Source: Gammaproteobacteria bacterium
Lineage (GTDB): Bacteria; Pseudomonadota; Gammaproteobacteria; UBA4575
Direction: 5' to 3'
Assembly (NCBI GenBank): GCA_045105815.1
Contig: JBGCDX010000097.1
Span: 4,949-68,948, forward strand
Length of the DNA: 64,000 bases
The position numbers were made by a program, and so were the translations under genes. Below, in pieces: positions 49,874 to 60,127 of the stretch. Within the stretch, counting starts at the first letter, position 1. Every line of letters starts with the position of its first letter. The notes under the pieces were generated by a model. It was not told where the DNA came from, ran no database searches, and worked only from the letters and a program-made list of their open reading frames with translations.

Positions 49874-50344
49874 ATGACAGATAATATTTTTCAGCTCGTT
49901 TATATTAGTGCTGCTAATAAAGAGTTTTCTGAGCAAGAATTGCAAGAGCTGCTAGAAAAGGCTCGAGTTAATAATGAAAGCCTTAATGTTTCAGGGATGC
50001 TGTTATTTCATCAAGGTTCATTTATTCAGGCGCTTGAAGGCCCACTATCTGCCGTGGAAAGTTTATATAATAAAATTAGTGAAGATAAGCGACATACCGA
50101 GACGCGTGTTTTGTTCCGAGGGGAGCTAGAGGAAAGAAATTTTGAATCTTGGTCGATGGGCTTTTATAGATCTAGTCAAAGCGATAGTGAGAACATAGAG
50201 GGATTCCATCAGTTTATGAAATTAGGCTTCCGTCAGACTGGGGATGAAAATTCAAGCGCTGCAAGAAAAGCGTTACTTCAGTTCAGAGATGGTAATTGGC
50301 GACAACAAGTCGATGTTGGTGATGATAGTTCTAAAGCTGCTTAA
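49874..50344 (+). CDS. Short BLUF-domain blue-light photoreceptor (PixD/BlrB-like)
   Basis: IFQLVYISAA...SEQELQELLEKARVNNESLNVSGMLLFHQGSFIQALEGPLSAVESLYNKISEDKRH...FESWSM is collinear with BLUF: Y/Q FAD-pocket residues, the NN...TG block, and the W-S-M C-terminal strand. Confidence 0.85.
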   Translation: MTDNIFQLVYISAANKEFSEQELQELLEKARVNNESLNVSGMLLFHQGSFIQALEGPLSAVESLYNKISEDKRHTETRVLFRGELEERNFESWSMGFYRSSQSDSENIEGFHQFMKLGFRQTGDENSSAARKALLQFRDGNWRQQVDVGDDSSKAA

Positions 50345-50355
50345 AGTGTACAAAT

Positions 50356-50583
50356 TTATTTTATATAAAACTTCCGAGCTATAGATATAGTTAACATGAT
50401 CCACGGTGTTCCATGTAAGCACAGATCAAACCAATCTAATGCCTGCATTCCTTGAGCGCCTGAAAATATCCATTTTAATTTTTCCCAGAGATGTGGTTCA
50501 GGCGAGTAGGGCATTAAACCCAGTGTTAAGGCAGCGATAAGCCAAAGCACTGGGTTGAATAAAATGCTGGTTTGTTTGTCCAC
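50356..50583 (-). CDS. Small (75 aa) membrane protein downstream of the membrane CSD protein
   Basis: One or two TM segments. Its start overlaps the stop of the upstream gene by 1 nt. Confidence 0.4.
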   Translation of the reverse strand: MDKQTSILFNPVLWLIAALTLGLMPYSPEPHLWEKLKWIFSGAQGMQALDWFDLCLHGTPWIMLTISIARKFYIK

Positions 50584-51005
50584 TATAATGGATTCACATT
50601 CTCCGCTTGGAGGCCTTTGTCTCCATCGACCACATCCATCATCACTTTTTGTCCTTCGCGGAGTGACTTTCGACCGGTTCCAATGATCGATCGATGGTGA
50701 ACAAATACATCTTCACCATTTTCTTGTTCGATAAATCCAAAGCCTTTTTTATAGTTAAACCATTTAACCGTTCCCTGCATTTGGTTGGCGCTGCCTGTGC
50801 TAGTAGTAGCGGTTGAAGCAGATCTAGCTTTTTTGGGTTTGTTTGCAGATTTTCTAGCTAGCTTTTTGATGATCGTTAAAAAGATTGCTAATGCTAATAA
50901 ACCGCCTGCGATCATAAGTGCGGTGTTGATAGGTTGAACAAACATTGAAAGGATGACGCCTAACAGTATACCTAGGCTAATTAATATCGTTGAATCGATT
51001 TTCAT
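50583..51005 (-). CDS. Membrane-anchored cold-shock-domain protein
   Basis: Two N-terminal TM helices, a basic Ser/Thr-rich linker, then a CSD ([30 protein letters not shown]) with RNP1-like KGFGFI and RNP2-like VFVHH. Confidence 0.7.
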   Translation of the reverse strand: MKIDSTILISLGILLGVILSMFVQPINTALMIAGGLLALAIFLTIIKKLARKSANKPKKARSASTATTSTGSANQMQGTVKWFNYKKGFGFIEQENGEDVFVHHRSIIGTGRKSLREGQKVMMDVVDGDKGLQAENVNPL

Positions 51006-51109
51006 GATTCTTTTTTCTCTCCTTGGTGTAAATTATTATTATGTTGCTTGGAGTGTTTCCAAGGCCGATTATAGTCACTTCACGCAAGGGTGAAAGCCCC
51101 TCCGCCTGG

Positions 51110-52423
51110 CTATACTGATTTACTATATGCCTTAGAATTTCGCTGATAGTTATATAAAGCTCTCTTTTTCATGGGTAGCGACTCAATTTTAGTGATTTTA
51201 AAGCCATGCTCTCGAAACCAATGGGACGTTTGTGTGGTGAGCACAAAGAGTAGGTTAACCCCAGCTTCTGCAGACTTCTTTTCTAAATGGCTCAGCATTT
51301 TGCTACCTCTGCCATTAGATTGGTATTCAGAATGCACAGCTAAACATGCCACTTCAGCTGTATTGCCATCTGTATAAAAATGTAACGCGCCGCATGCTAA
51401 GACCATGCCATCTCGCTCGATGACATCAAAGCTCTCAATTTCTAGCTCTAGCTGCTCACGTGTACGTGCTACTAGAGCGCCTTTGTCTATTAGTGGCTGA
51501 ATGAGTTCGGTAATTCCGCCTACGTCGTTGATTGTTGCAGGACGAATTTCATCATACGTTTCAGCCGTCACTAAAGTTGCAACACCATCCAGTGTGTAAA
51601 GTTCTTCTAGCAATGCTCCTGGGTTTGCAGCATTGAGTAAATGCACTCGTTTTACATTCTCTAAACAAGCTTGCACGGCAATATGTAAATATTCTTTAAG
51701 TTGATATTTGTTCTTAGGCAGTTTCTTGATGAGCTCTTTAGCTTCATTCAGATTATAATGATTACTGCATTGTTTTTTGTTGCCTGGTGGAATGAATTTG
51801 TCCAGCATAAGAATTAATTTTTCACTTTGTAATGCGCATGCAACATGTTTTGCGACTTCCATGCTAGATAAGTTGAAAATATCACCTGTCTTGGAATAGC
51901 CCAGAGGCAACATTAAAACAATATTGTTTGTATCTAGTTGTTTTTGGATTTCATCTGTAGCAATGCTACGCACTTCACCTGTATGTTGGAAATCTGTACC
52001 GTTGCGAATGCCTACAGGTTTGGCGCGCACATAATTACCACTGACAACATTTAATTTCATACCTGACATTGGGGTATTTATTAAACCAATGGAAAAAAGT
52101 GCCTCTATATCGGTTTTTATGCTACCGACAACTTCCTTGATGGTGTTTAAGGTTTTTGCATCAGTAATGCGCCAATTATTTTCAAAACTACTTGCAGGTT
52201 GCTTGCCAAGTCTTTTGTCAATGAATGTGCGCAGACCTAAGACTAATACCAGCTTTACGCCCAATGTATGTACTAAGGCAAGGTCGTGAATTAATGAAGC
52301 AGTGTGTTCTTTTGCTAACAGAGCATCGCTAATATAGAGCACAAACGTTTTGCCACGATGTGCATATATGTATGGTGTAGCTTGTCTAAAGCTCTCTAAT
52401 TGGAATATTGAATCTTTTGGCAC
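51110..52423 (-). CDS. argA: Amino-acid N-acetyltransferase (N-acetylglutamate synthase)
   Basis: 437 aa, collinear with E. coli ArgA (FRQATPYIYAHRGKTFV..., C-terminal GNAT domain, ...LYNYQRNSK). Confidence 0.9.
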   Translation of the reverse strand: MPKDSIFQLESFRQATPYIYAHRGKTFVLYISDALLAKEHTASLIHDLALVHTLGVKLVLVLGLRTFIDKRLGKQPASSFENNWRITDAKTLNTIKEVVGSIKTDIEALFSIGLINTPMSGMKLNVVSGNYVRAKPVGIRNGTDFQHTGEVRSIATDEIQKQLDTNNIVLMLPLGYSKTGDIFNLSSMEVAKHVACALQSEKLILMLDKFIPPGNKKQCSNHYNLNEAKELIKKLPKNKYQLKEYLHIAVQACLENVKRVHLLNAANPGALLEELYTLDGVATLVTAETYDEIRPATINDVGGITELIQPLIDKGALVARTREQLELEIESFDVIERDGMVLACGALHFYTDGNTAEVACLAVHSEYQSNGRGSKMLSHLEKKSAEAGVNLLFVLTTQTSHWFREHGFKITKIESLPMKKRALYNYQRNSKAYSKSV

Positions 52424-52647
52424 GGTTTAATTATTTAAATATTATGGTTATAAAAAATATGACGTAGCTAGTTAAGTATATGAACTTAAATGGTTTATAG
52501 GGTCTAATCTTTTGCTATCTTAGACCTGATTAGGACCTTATAATAGATGGAGAAAATTAGTCTACGGTAGCGCTATTCCACTGACTGGTCGAATTTTACC
52601 CACGGATGCTGTGCCAATAATATACCTAAAATAAACGAGAACCAATA

Positions 52648-53343
52648 ATGCGAAAAATACAACTAATTAACGCTGGCTTATGTATAGCAGTAATGCTTTT
52701 CATGAGCTCGATCGGTTTTGCTGGTGGCGAGACGATTAAATCCCCTATATTAGATCGAGTAAAAGTACTGCATAAGGTGCCTGAGAACCTAGATACTTTA
52801 AGTCTGCAACAATTGCACTCAGAGCGCGAATCTCGTCAACGTGATCTTGAAGTAATTCGTCAAGCAAGTGATGAGCCTGAAGTGGCCAAGCAACAATTAT
52901 TAAAAACGATTATAGCGCATGATGAAGTGCGTTTAAAAATTGCTCAAGTCATTCCTATGATGGTTGAAGATTATAAAATAAAGGGAAAATTTAGAGATTC
53001 ATTAATGGGGTATAGTAATACCTTTAATGTAGATATGCGTGAAGCCCGTAAGGATGTGCATTCTATAGCAGATTATAAATCATATGATTTTCGTTTTTCA
53101 GCTGTTTATATGTCAATGTTGTTTAAGTTTAATGAAAATCCTGAGTTTCATAAAAGATTAGTGTCTGATATGGAAGATGCTGATACAGCGATCGGTAGTT
53201 ATCGAAAAGAACTAGATGCCTCTTATGCCACAGTTGAGCATGATAAATATTTAATTCAAAATATCTATTCTGTTAATGAACTGGAAGAAGCAATCGCAGC
53301 AATTGAAGAAGAAATATCAAAGCGTAAGCAAGCAGAGCTTTAG
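52648..53343 (+). CDS. Exported hypothetical coiled-coil protein
   Basis: Signal peptide, 231 aa, no family recognised. Confidence 0.45.
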   Translation: MRKIQLINAGLCIAVMLFMSSIGFAGGETIKSPILDRVKVLHKVPENLDTLSLQQLHSERESRQRDLEVIRQASDEPEVAKQQLLKTIIAHDEVRLKIAQVIPMMVEDYKIKGKFRDSLMGYSNTFNVDMREARKDVHSIADYKSYDFRFSAVYMSMLFKFNENPEFHKRLVSDMEDADTAIGSYRKELDASYATVEHDKYLIQNIYSVNELEEAIAAIEEEISKRKQAEL

Positions 53344-53397
53344 TGAATATAATTTTAAGGTTAAGCAGGATAGCTTGATCAATTTTATATTGAGGAG

Positions 53398-53820
53398 TTG
53401 GGTATGATTAAATTTAAATATAGGTATTTATGGCTCTGTTTGTGGATCCCGGTGTACGCGTTGTTATTTTTAGGGACAACAAATGCAGAAGAGTCTTCTG
53501 TGGCGCAACCTCCACCTGAAATTGTAATTGATGCACCATCTCCCACGCAGTCTCCTATTAAGCAAGATGAGGAGAGAACTGAAACCGTTACTATCTATGA
53601 TTCAAAAGTGTTGCCAGGTTTTCGGGCATGTACAACTGAAGATTACCGTAACCAAGATACTGACCCTATAGCTTGTCAGGATGAAGAAGCTGCCCGTGTT
53701 ATTTCTACACGCGATAGCCAAACTGTTCCAGAAGATTTAATCGTAGAAGACGATGCGGTTCCACAAGGTAATATATTCAAACTAAAGTTTGAACGCTTTA
53801 AGAAAAATAAAGCTAAGTAG
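53398..53820 (+). CDS. Exported hypothetical acidic protein
   Basis: Signal peptide, 140 aa, no family recognised. Confidence 0.45.
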   Translation: MGMIKFKYRYLWLCLWIPVYALLFLGTTNAEESSVAQPPPEIVIDAPSPTQSPIKQDEERTETVTIYDSKVLPGFRACTTEDYRNQDTDPIACQDEEAARVISTRDSQTVPEDLIVEDDAVPQGNIFKLKFERFKKNKAK

Positions 53821-54150
53821 TCGCTACTTAATTACACATAAGTATTTTATTTAAATATGCCGCTATAACAAAGTAGAGAGAATGCAATAACTATAATAAG
53901 AACTAGATTGTAGATTTTAAATGCTGTTGTTTTCAAATTTACAGTTTGTTTTTTTGCAAAAAATGTATAGCCAATATAAATATATTTAAAAATTATCATC
54001 ATGCCAAAAAATATGTAAATCCAGTACATATTATTACAAATCATATTCTTACCTTAAGTTAAAGTTTTATTTAAGCGCATCGCCCAAGTAATGGCAGTGG
54101 CTCGATTATTCTAAACTGCTCAAATATCGCAATACATTAGCTTATCTACG

Positions 54151-55311
54151 CTATTTTATGCATACCTCATGAATAACATTTTTTAATATATCAATGGTCG
54201 GATTGATTGAACTTAACGATAAGAACTCATTTTGTTGATGAGCTTGGTCGATAGAACCTGGTCCAAATATAACCGTTTCTATACCCATTGCATTGAAGTA
54301 TGGGCCTTCGGTTCCAAAGGCAGCACTAGTGGGTCTCTTGTTGCTTAGACGTTGTGTGAGCTGAACTATTTGTGAACTTTGTTTGGTTTGAAAGGCAGGT
54401 GTTCCATCAAATAAAGATTCGAACTCAACATTCAATTCGAGTGCATCTGTAATTTTAATAACTCGTTCATGTAATTCATCTCGCAGTACATCAATGTTCA
54501 TCCCAGGCAGAGGACGTAAGTCAATATGTAATTCGCAATCCCCACAAATTCGGTTAGGGTTGTCGCCACCGTGGATATGTCCTAGGTTGAGCGTTGGGAC
54601 AGGTACGATAAAATCATCGTTGACATGTTTTACTAAAGCTTGTTTAAAAGCTTCTAATTCATTCAGCACTAGACGCATACCTTCGAGTGCGTTGTTACCT
54701 AAGTTTGGGTTACTAGAGTGCCCGGCTTGACCATGAACTTTGATCGCTTCCATCATTACACCTTTATGTTGGTGTATAGGGGTTAAATCAGTTGGCTCAC
54801 CAATGATGCAGTATTTGCCAAATTTTTGACCTTTATCTTGGAATGTTTCGACCAGGGATTTTGCGCCCTGCATAGTAGATTCTTCATCTGCAGTAGCGAT
54901 AATGGTTAAGCGCTGTTTTAGGTCTTTGTTAGTAAACTCTGTAGCAGCTTCAATAGCAATGGCTAGAAAAGATTTCATATCTGCCGTACCTAGACCATAA
55001 AGCTTGTCGTCGCACTGTGTAGCTTTAAAAGGATTTGTATTCCATCCGCTTTGGTCAAAATTAACGGTGTCAGTGTGGCCAGATAGCACGAGACCTTCAT
55101 CTCCAGTACCTATGGATGCAATTAAGTTCGCTTTATTGCTATCGTTTGTATTTGTTATTACTTCTGTATTAAAGCCTAAATCATTTAGCCAATTTGCCAG
55201 AGTGTTGATTACAGGGAGGTTGCTAGTATCAATTCCAGCTTGTGTGCTACTAACGGAGGGAAGGGCAATTAACTGCTCGATCATTTCGAGCAGTTTAGGT
55301 GAAGCCTTCAT
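54151..55311 (-). CDS. argE: Acetylornithine deacetylase (M20 peptidase family)
   Basis: Collinear with E. coli ArgE: LIALPSVSS, SGHTDTV, KLYGLGTADMK, ATADEES, TLNLGHIHGGD..NRICGDCELH..DIRPLPGM. Confidence 0.85.
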   Translation of the reverse strand: MKASPKLLEMIEQLIALPSVSSTQAGIDTSNLPVINTLANWLNDLGFNTEVITNTNDSNKANLIASIGTGDEGLVLSGHTDTVNFDQSGWNTNPFKATQCDDKLYGLGTADMKSFLAIAIEAATEFTNKDLKQRLTIIATADEESTMQGAKSLVETFQDKGQKFGKYCIIGEPTDLTPIHQHKGVMMEAIKVHGQAGHSSNPNLGNNALEGMRLVLNELEAFKQALVKHVNDDFIVPVPTLNLGHIHGGDNPNRICGDCELHIDLRPLPGMNIDVLRDELHERVIKITDALELNVEFESLFDGTPAFQTKQSSQIVQLTQRLSNKRPTSAAFGTEGPYFNAMGIETVIFGPGSIDQAHQQNEFLSLSSINPTIDILKNVIHEVCIK

Positions 55312-55323
55312 AGGATGTTTTGT

Positions 55324-56181
55324 TTAAGCCATGTTCTGGGCAATTTTATAAATAGCTTCAGCATCCAAGGCAATATCATTTGCTTCAAATAACTTTTCTA
55401 TGCACGCACGGTGTAGCTTAAGCTTTAGCGCGCCTATTCCAATGCCACCGAATACTCGTTTACCATGTCGCTCAGTATCTTTGTCCATCACATCAATGCC
55501 TTCAAAACCTAAGACCTTTGAAGTGCCAACATCGGCAATGAATTCTAAAGTTGGATGGTTTTGCCACTGATTCGCATTTAATAGCTGAATGCCAGCTTTT
55601 GCAGCACCAAATACAATATGTGCGCCGTCCATAGCAGCATTTAACGTATTGTCATCACTTGCTTGCATGGGCGTCATTTCCACGCCAAAGCGTTCTTGCA
55701 TTTCGTCACATGCTTCTACCGAGCGAGATTGTTTGCGTGAAGTTAAACGAACATTTGCGCCACTAATGGCGAGTAAAACAGCAGCACGTTGGCCAACTGG
55801 GCCAGTGCCAGCAAGTACTACTGCAGTTTTGCCTTGTAGGTCAGTAGCGTTATTTAATAGCGCAACACCAGCTGCTGATGTTGTATTGCAGCCGTTGCTG
55901 TCTAGCATGACTGATACGCGAAAATTTTGAAAAAATTGGTCATGCACAGCTTGGAAAAGTTTTTGTCCTTCGAGCAGATCACTTCCACCTACAAAAATTG
56001 CTGTATTTTTTTTGTCTTTGGGGGCACGAGTGTAAATTGCACCCTCAACTAATCCACCGCAATTATCTTCGTTTACACCACCAAGTTGAGTAACGTTGTC
56101 TGCACCACCATCATGAGCAACAACAGAATCAAATACGCTAGGTATGGTGTCAGTATCAAAATGGTATAAAAGTTTTTTCAT
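55324..56181 (-). CDS. mtdA: NADP-dependent methylene-tetrahydromethanopterin/methylene-tetrahydrofolate dehydrogenase
   Basis: 285 aa. MtdA-like N-terminus (KLLYHFDTD...FDSVVAHDGGAD) and a Rossmann motif VLAGTGPVGQRAA. Adjacent to serine-cycle genes. Confidence 0.8.
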   Translation of the reverse strand: MKKLLYHFDTDTIPSVFDSVVAHDGGADNVTQLGGVNEDNCGGLVEGAIYTRAPKDKKNTAIFVGGSDLLEGQKLFQAVHDQFFQNFRVSVMLDSNGCNTTSAAGVALLNNATDLQGKTAVVLAGTGPVGQRAAVLLAISGANVRLTSRKQSRSVEACDEMQERFGVEMTPMQASDDNTLNAAMDGAHIVFGAAKAGIQLLNANQWQNHPTLEFIADVGTSKVLGFEGIDVMDKDTERHGKRVFGGIGIGALKLKLHRACIEKLFEANDIALDAEAIYKIAQNMA

Positions 56182-56210
56182 GATTTATATTTTTATAGTT
56201 TTTAATATTG

Positions 56211-58985
56211 TTAGCCTGTACTACCTATTCCAGCAGCAACGCAGTTAATGGATAATAAGAGCGGTATTAACACGTCTTTGTATTCTAAATTTTCACTTTG
56301 TTGGCTTCGAAATTTCTTCACTAACTCAACTTGTTCAATGCCTATATGGTTGAGCGACTCAACGCGTCTATAAAAGTGACGTTTATAATTAGGAAAACGA
56401 TCGCATAACTGATCTTCGCCAGTTATTTTTAATATCATTTTCTTTGTTAATTCAAATTCTCGTTTGATTTCAGTGAAAATTTGGTTTCTATGTTCTTCAT
56501 TTGTAACTAGCCCGCAATATTTCTCAGCTACTTCCATGTCAACAAGTAGTAATGTCTTTTCAGCACCATCCAATATCAACCTAAACAGTGAGTGCTTCTC
56601 ATACATCTTATTTAATTGATCGACACCTAATTCACCTCGAATTTTTATTAGTTGCTCAATACTGCTACCTACGCCATACCAGCCAGGCACTAACAATCTG
56701 TTCTGAGTCCATGCGAAAACCCAAGGAATTGCACGCAAATCACTGAGTGAAGCTGCACCAAAACGTCTTGCCGGTCTTGAGCCGATTTTCATATGGGTAA
56801 GTTCTTCAACCGGGCTCGCTTGCTGGTAAAAGTCGACGAGACCTGGGTGTTCAATTAACTTACGGTACGTGACATAAGCCGTTCCTGAGAGCGCTTCTAG
56901 CACCTCATCAAGGTCGGTGTTTGTTTGGTATGCAGGATCTTTGCCAGACATAAGTGAATGAGAAATTACACTGGAAGCAAGGATTTCCATTTGTTCTTCA
57001 GCAAAGCCACGATTGGCATATTTGTATGAAACCACTTCACCTTGTTCGGTTACACGCATACGACCATTAATGGTGCCAACGGGTTGTGCGGCGATAGCGC
57101 GACCGCTAGGTGCACCACCACGGCTTACAGAGCCGCCACGACCATGGAAAAATGAGATTGGAACTTGGTGTCGTGCACCTGCTGCATGTATCTCAGATTG
57201 AGCTTTGCTGACTATCCAGTTAGAAGTTAAGAAGCCGCCATCTTTATTAGAGTCAGAATAACCCACCATAATTTCCTGAGTGCCGCCAAATTTACGAATG
57301 GTGCGACGTACGAAAGCATGTTCTAAAAGATCTTCTAAAACTGATGAACCGTTTTCTAAATCATCAATTGTTTCTAGCAAAGGTACGATTAGAATACGAC
57401 AAGCTTCAAGTCCATCTGAGTCGGTAAATAATCCAACATATTTCGCTAGTAAATAGACACCCAGAACATCCGTCGCAGTTTGTGTCATGCTTAATACACA
57501 AACGCCAAATGCTTTTTTATCTAGCTTGTTTTGGAAATACTTAACTTGTTCAAGCATCGCTAATGTGGATTGTGCTTGCTCAGATAAATTGTCATAACGC
57601 GGCACAACACGCAATGGCTGCATTAATTGATCCACTATCCAGCTTTTCCATTCTGCTGAATTAGAGTCAGGCACATCCATTTTTGATTTTTGTGTTAGTG
57701 CTTGCCAAATTTCTGCCAACACACTGTTAAATACTGTAGTGTTTTCACGAATATCTAAACTGATGGTTCTAAAGCCAAAGGTGTCTACGATATGGCGTAG
57801 CGGTCTTATGTTTGAGTCGCTAATGTTGTCACATTTAGCATCTGTTAAGCCTTGCTCGAGTATTTTTAGGTCAGCGGATAGGTCTTCAGCGCGGTGATAA
57901 GCTATCTTAGAACTTTTAGGGTCGTTTAAATTTTTTAACGTGGCATCAATACGTGCCAACATATATCGCAGGTATTGTCTAAATACTTCGCCTGGGTTTC
58001 GTTGAGAGTAGGTTTCTGCTTCACCCAGCATCTCTAATTTTGAGTGCAGTGCATCAGTAAAGCTTTTGCTAACTTTTACAGAATGTTTGGCAATACTTAG
58101 CTTGGAGCCTAGCTCAAATATTTCTTGTCGATAACGTTTTATGCATGCAGCTGCATTGGTTTGTATTGCTGAAGCGGTTACTTTGTGAGTGACATTAGGA
58201 TTGCCATCGCGGTCACCACCAATCCATGAGCCAAAACGAAAAATAGGTGGGACGTTAAATTCAAAATGTGGGTATGCTTCTTCTAGAGCTCGATCAAGCT
58301 CAGCATAAAGGTCTTTTACACCATCGAATAAAGATTCAACAAAAAAGTGTTGCCCCCATGCCACCTCTTGACCTACAGAAGGTTTCTCTAAACGGATTTC
58401 ACCGGTTAACCAAAGCATGTCGATTTCATTACGCAACTCATTGGTTAAGTCGTCTCTTTCTCTAGGTGTCCATCTGTCTAATTCTAATTGCTTAAGTAAG
58501 ACATAAATTCTCCGGTGAACTTCAAGTACGGTTACACGTTTCGCTTCGGTTGGATGAGCTGTGATAACTGGGCAGATAAAACTATTATCGAGTAGCTTTT
58601 GAATTTCTTCAGCTGTTATACCTTTTTGCTCAGCACTTGAAAATGCATAAGCAAATGTGCCGGGTACACGGTCACGATGATATTCTTTCTCTATTTGACG
58701 GCGTTGTTGCACCAAGGCAATTTGTTCTGCAATGCTGAATAGCTGAAACCATATTCCATAGGTTTGTAATACATAAAGAATCTTATCTGCAGGACATTTA
58801 TCCATATCTTCTTGGCCATTAAAATATACTTCTATATCAGGTTGTCGTCCTCGGATAACATTCAATAATTGTTGATATAGAAGCTCTACAAGATCATCTT
58901 CGTGAGAAACAGAAGGGTTGATGATCATGCTGCCTGTGGCAACCTTTGTTAGTTGCGTCCATGTAAGCGGGTCGTTATCAGTCAT
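56211..58985 (-). CDS. ppc: Phosphoenolpyruvate carboxylase
   Basis: 924 aa with the active-site blocks VITAHPTE, FHGRGGSVSRGGAP and GYSDSNKDGG, and a C-terminal ...IAAGIGSTG. Confidence 0.95.
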   Translation of the reverse strand: MTDNDPLTWTQLTKVATGSMIINPSVSHEDDLVELLYQQLLNVIRGRQPDIEVYFNGQEDMDKCPADKILYVLQTYGIWFQLFSIAEQIALVQQRRQIEKEYHRDRVPGTFAYAFSSAEQKGITAEEIQKLLDNSFICPVITAHPTEAKRVTVLEVHRRIYVLLKQLELDRWTPRERDDLTNELRNEIDMLWLTGEIRLEKPSVGQEVAWGQHFFVESLFDGVKDLYAELDRALEEAYPHFEFNVPPIFRFGSWIGGDRDGNPNVTHKVTASAIQTNAAACIKRYRQEIFELGSKLSIAKHSVKVSKSFTDALHSKLEMLGEAETYSQRNPGEVFRQYLRYMLARIDATLKNLNDPKSSKIAYHRAEDLSADLKILEQGLTDAKCDNISDSNIRPLRHIVDTFGFRTISLDIRENTTVFNSVLAEIWQALTQKSKMDVPDSNSAEWKSWIVDQLMQPLRVVPRYDNLSEQAQSTLAMLEQVKYFQNKLDKKAFGVCVLSMTQTATDVLGVYLLAKYVGLFTDSDGLEACRILIVPLLETIDDLENGSSVLEDLLEHAFVRRTIRKFGGTQEIMVGYSDSNKDGGFLTSNWIVSKAQSEIHAAGARHQVPISFFHGRGGSVSRGGAPSGRAIAAQPVGTINGRMRVTEQGEVVSYKYANRGFAEEQMEILASSVISHSLMSGKDPAYQTNTDLDEVLEALSGTAYVTYRKLIEHPGLVDFYQQASPVEELTHMKIGSRPARRFGAASLSDLRAIPWVFAWTQNRLLVPGWYGVGSSIEQLIKIRGELGVDQLNKMYEKHSLFRLILDGAEKTLLLVDMEVAEKYCGLVTNEEHRNQIFTEIKREFELTKKMILKITGEDQLCDRFPNYKRHFYRRVESLNHIGIEQVELVKKFRSQQSENLEYKDVLIPLLLSINCVAAGIGSTG

Positions 58986-59129
58986 AATTATTTTAATTTT
59001 TAGAGTGAATTAAGTGTGCTACATATACTAAAAGAGGCCCGTTAGGACCTCTTTATAATAGGGCTGATTAAGCCAATTTGATATGCCCGAATGGGCATAG
59101 ATTGACCATATTTAGGCCAAACTATAGGC

Positions 59130-60101
59130 TTAAACTAACTTATCTCTTGGAGTTTCACCCGCTTCAAATGCGGCCAAATTCTCCAGTACTCGATTTCCCA
59201 TCGCTACGCGAGTCTCGATGGTTGCGCTGCCTAGATGGGGTAGTAAGACTGCGTTCTCAAGCTCAATAAATCGCTCATCTAATGCAGGCTCACCTTCAAA
59301 TACATCCAAGCCCGCACCCGCTATCACACCGTTCTTGAGTGCATCAATTAGGGCGTCGTTATCGATTACATCGCCACGAGCTGAGTTGATTAAAAACGCA
59401 GAAGACTTCATTTTTGCAAGGCTTTCTTTGTTTAATAGATGGTACGTGTCTTTGCCGCCTGGACAATGAATAGAAACAAAGTCAGATTGTGCTAGAACCT
59501 CATCGATTGAGTCTACTTGTTGGGCACCATATTTTTTAATGACATCAGCCGGTGGTGGGTATGGGTCTGAAAAAATGATTTTCATACCAAAACCATGATG
59601 AGCTCGTTGTGCCATTGCTTGCGCAATTCGCCCCATACCTATTAAACCTAATGTCTTGCCTGTTACTTTTGTCGCGAGCAAATGAGTGGGTCTCCAGCCA
59701 GTCCAAGATTTAGAGCGTAATTCTCTTTCACCTTCACTGGTGCGACGAGCAACGGTTAACATTAACGTCATTGCAATATCTGCTGTGCAATCGGTCAATA
59801 CTTCAGGAGTATTCGTAACAGTAAGGCCGCGTGCTTTTGCCGCATCTAAATCAATGTGGTTAAAGCCTACACCAAAGTTGCCAATAAACTTGGCGCGTAA
59901 TGGCTCAGCACTTAATACCTCAGCATCAACTGGGTCCGTTACGGTTGGTAAAAATGCATCACAGTTAGCTAATGCATCTTTCATTTCGTCTTTGGACATT
60001 GCGACGTCTTTTTCATTTAACGTTACGTCATATTTCTCTCGCAACTGAGCTTGAACTTCTTCAGGCCATGCACGTGAAACAATTACTTTTAGTTTGCTCA
60101 T
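59130..60101 (-). CDS. hprA: Hydroxypyruvate reductase/glycerate dehydrogenase (D-2-hydroxyacid dehydrogenase family)
   Basis: GLIGMGRIAQAMAQRA is the NAD-binding motif. 323 aa. Serine-cycle context. Confidence 0.8.
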   Translation of the reverse strand: MSKLKVIVSRAWPEEVQAQLREKYDVTLNEKDVAMSKDEMKDALANCDAFLPTVTDPVDAEVLSAEPLRAKFIGNFGVGFNHIDLDAAKARGLTVTNTPEVLTDCTADIAMTLMLTVARRTSEGERELRSKSWTGWRPTHLLATKVTGKTLGLIGMGRIAQAMAQRAHHGFGMKIIFSDPYPPPADVIKKYGAQQVDSIDEVLAQSDFVSIHCPGGKDTYHLLNKESLAKMKSSAFLINSARGDVIDNDALIDALKNGVIAGAGLDVFEGEPALDERFIELENAVLLPHLGSATIETRVAMGNRVLENLAAFEAGETPRDKLV

Positions 60102-60127
60102 TATATTGTTCTCTCCTAAAGCTTAGA

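Noticed and set aside
53847-54044. 65-aa hydrophobic ORF in the AT-rich spacer before argE
   Set aside because: Composition is driven by extreme AT-richness (Ile/Phe/Tyr/Lys codons). No RBS. Kept only as a remote possibility.
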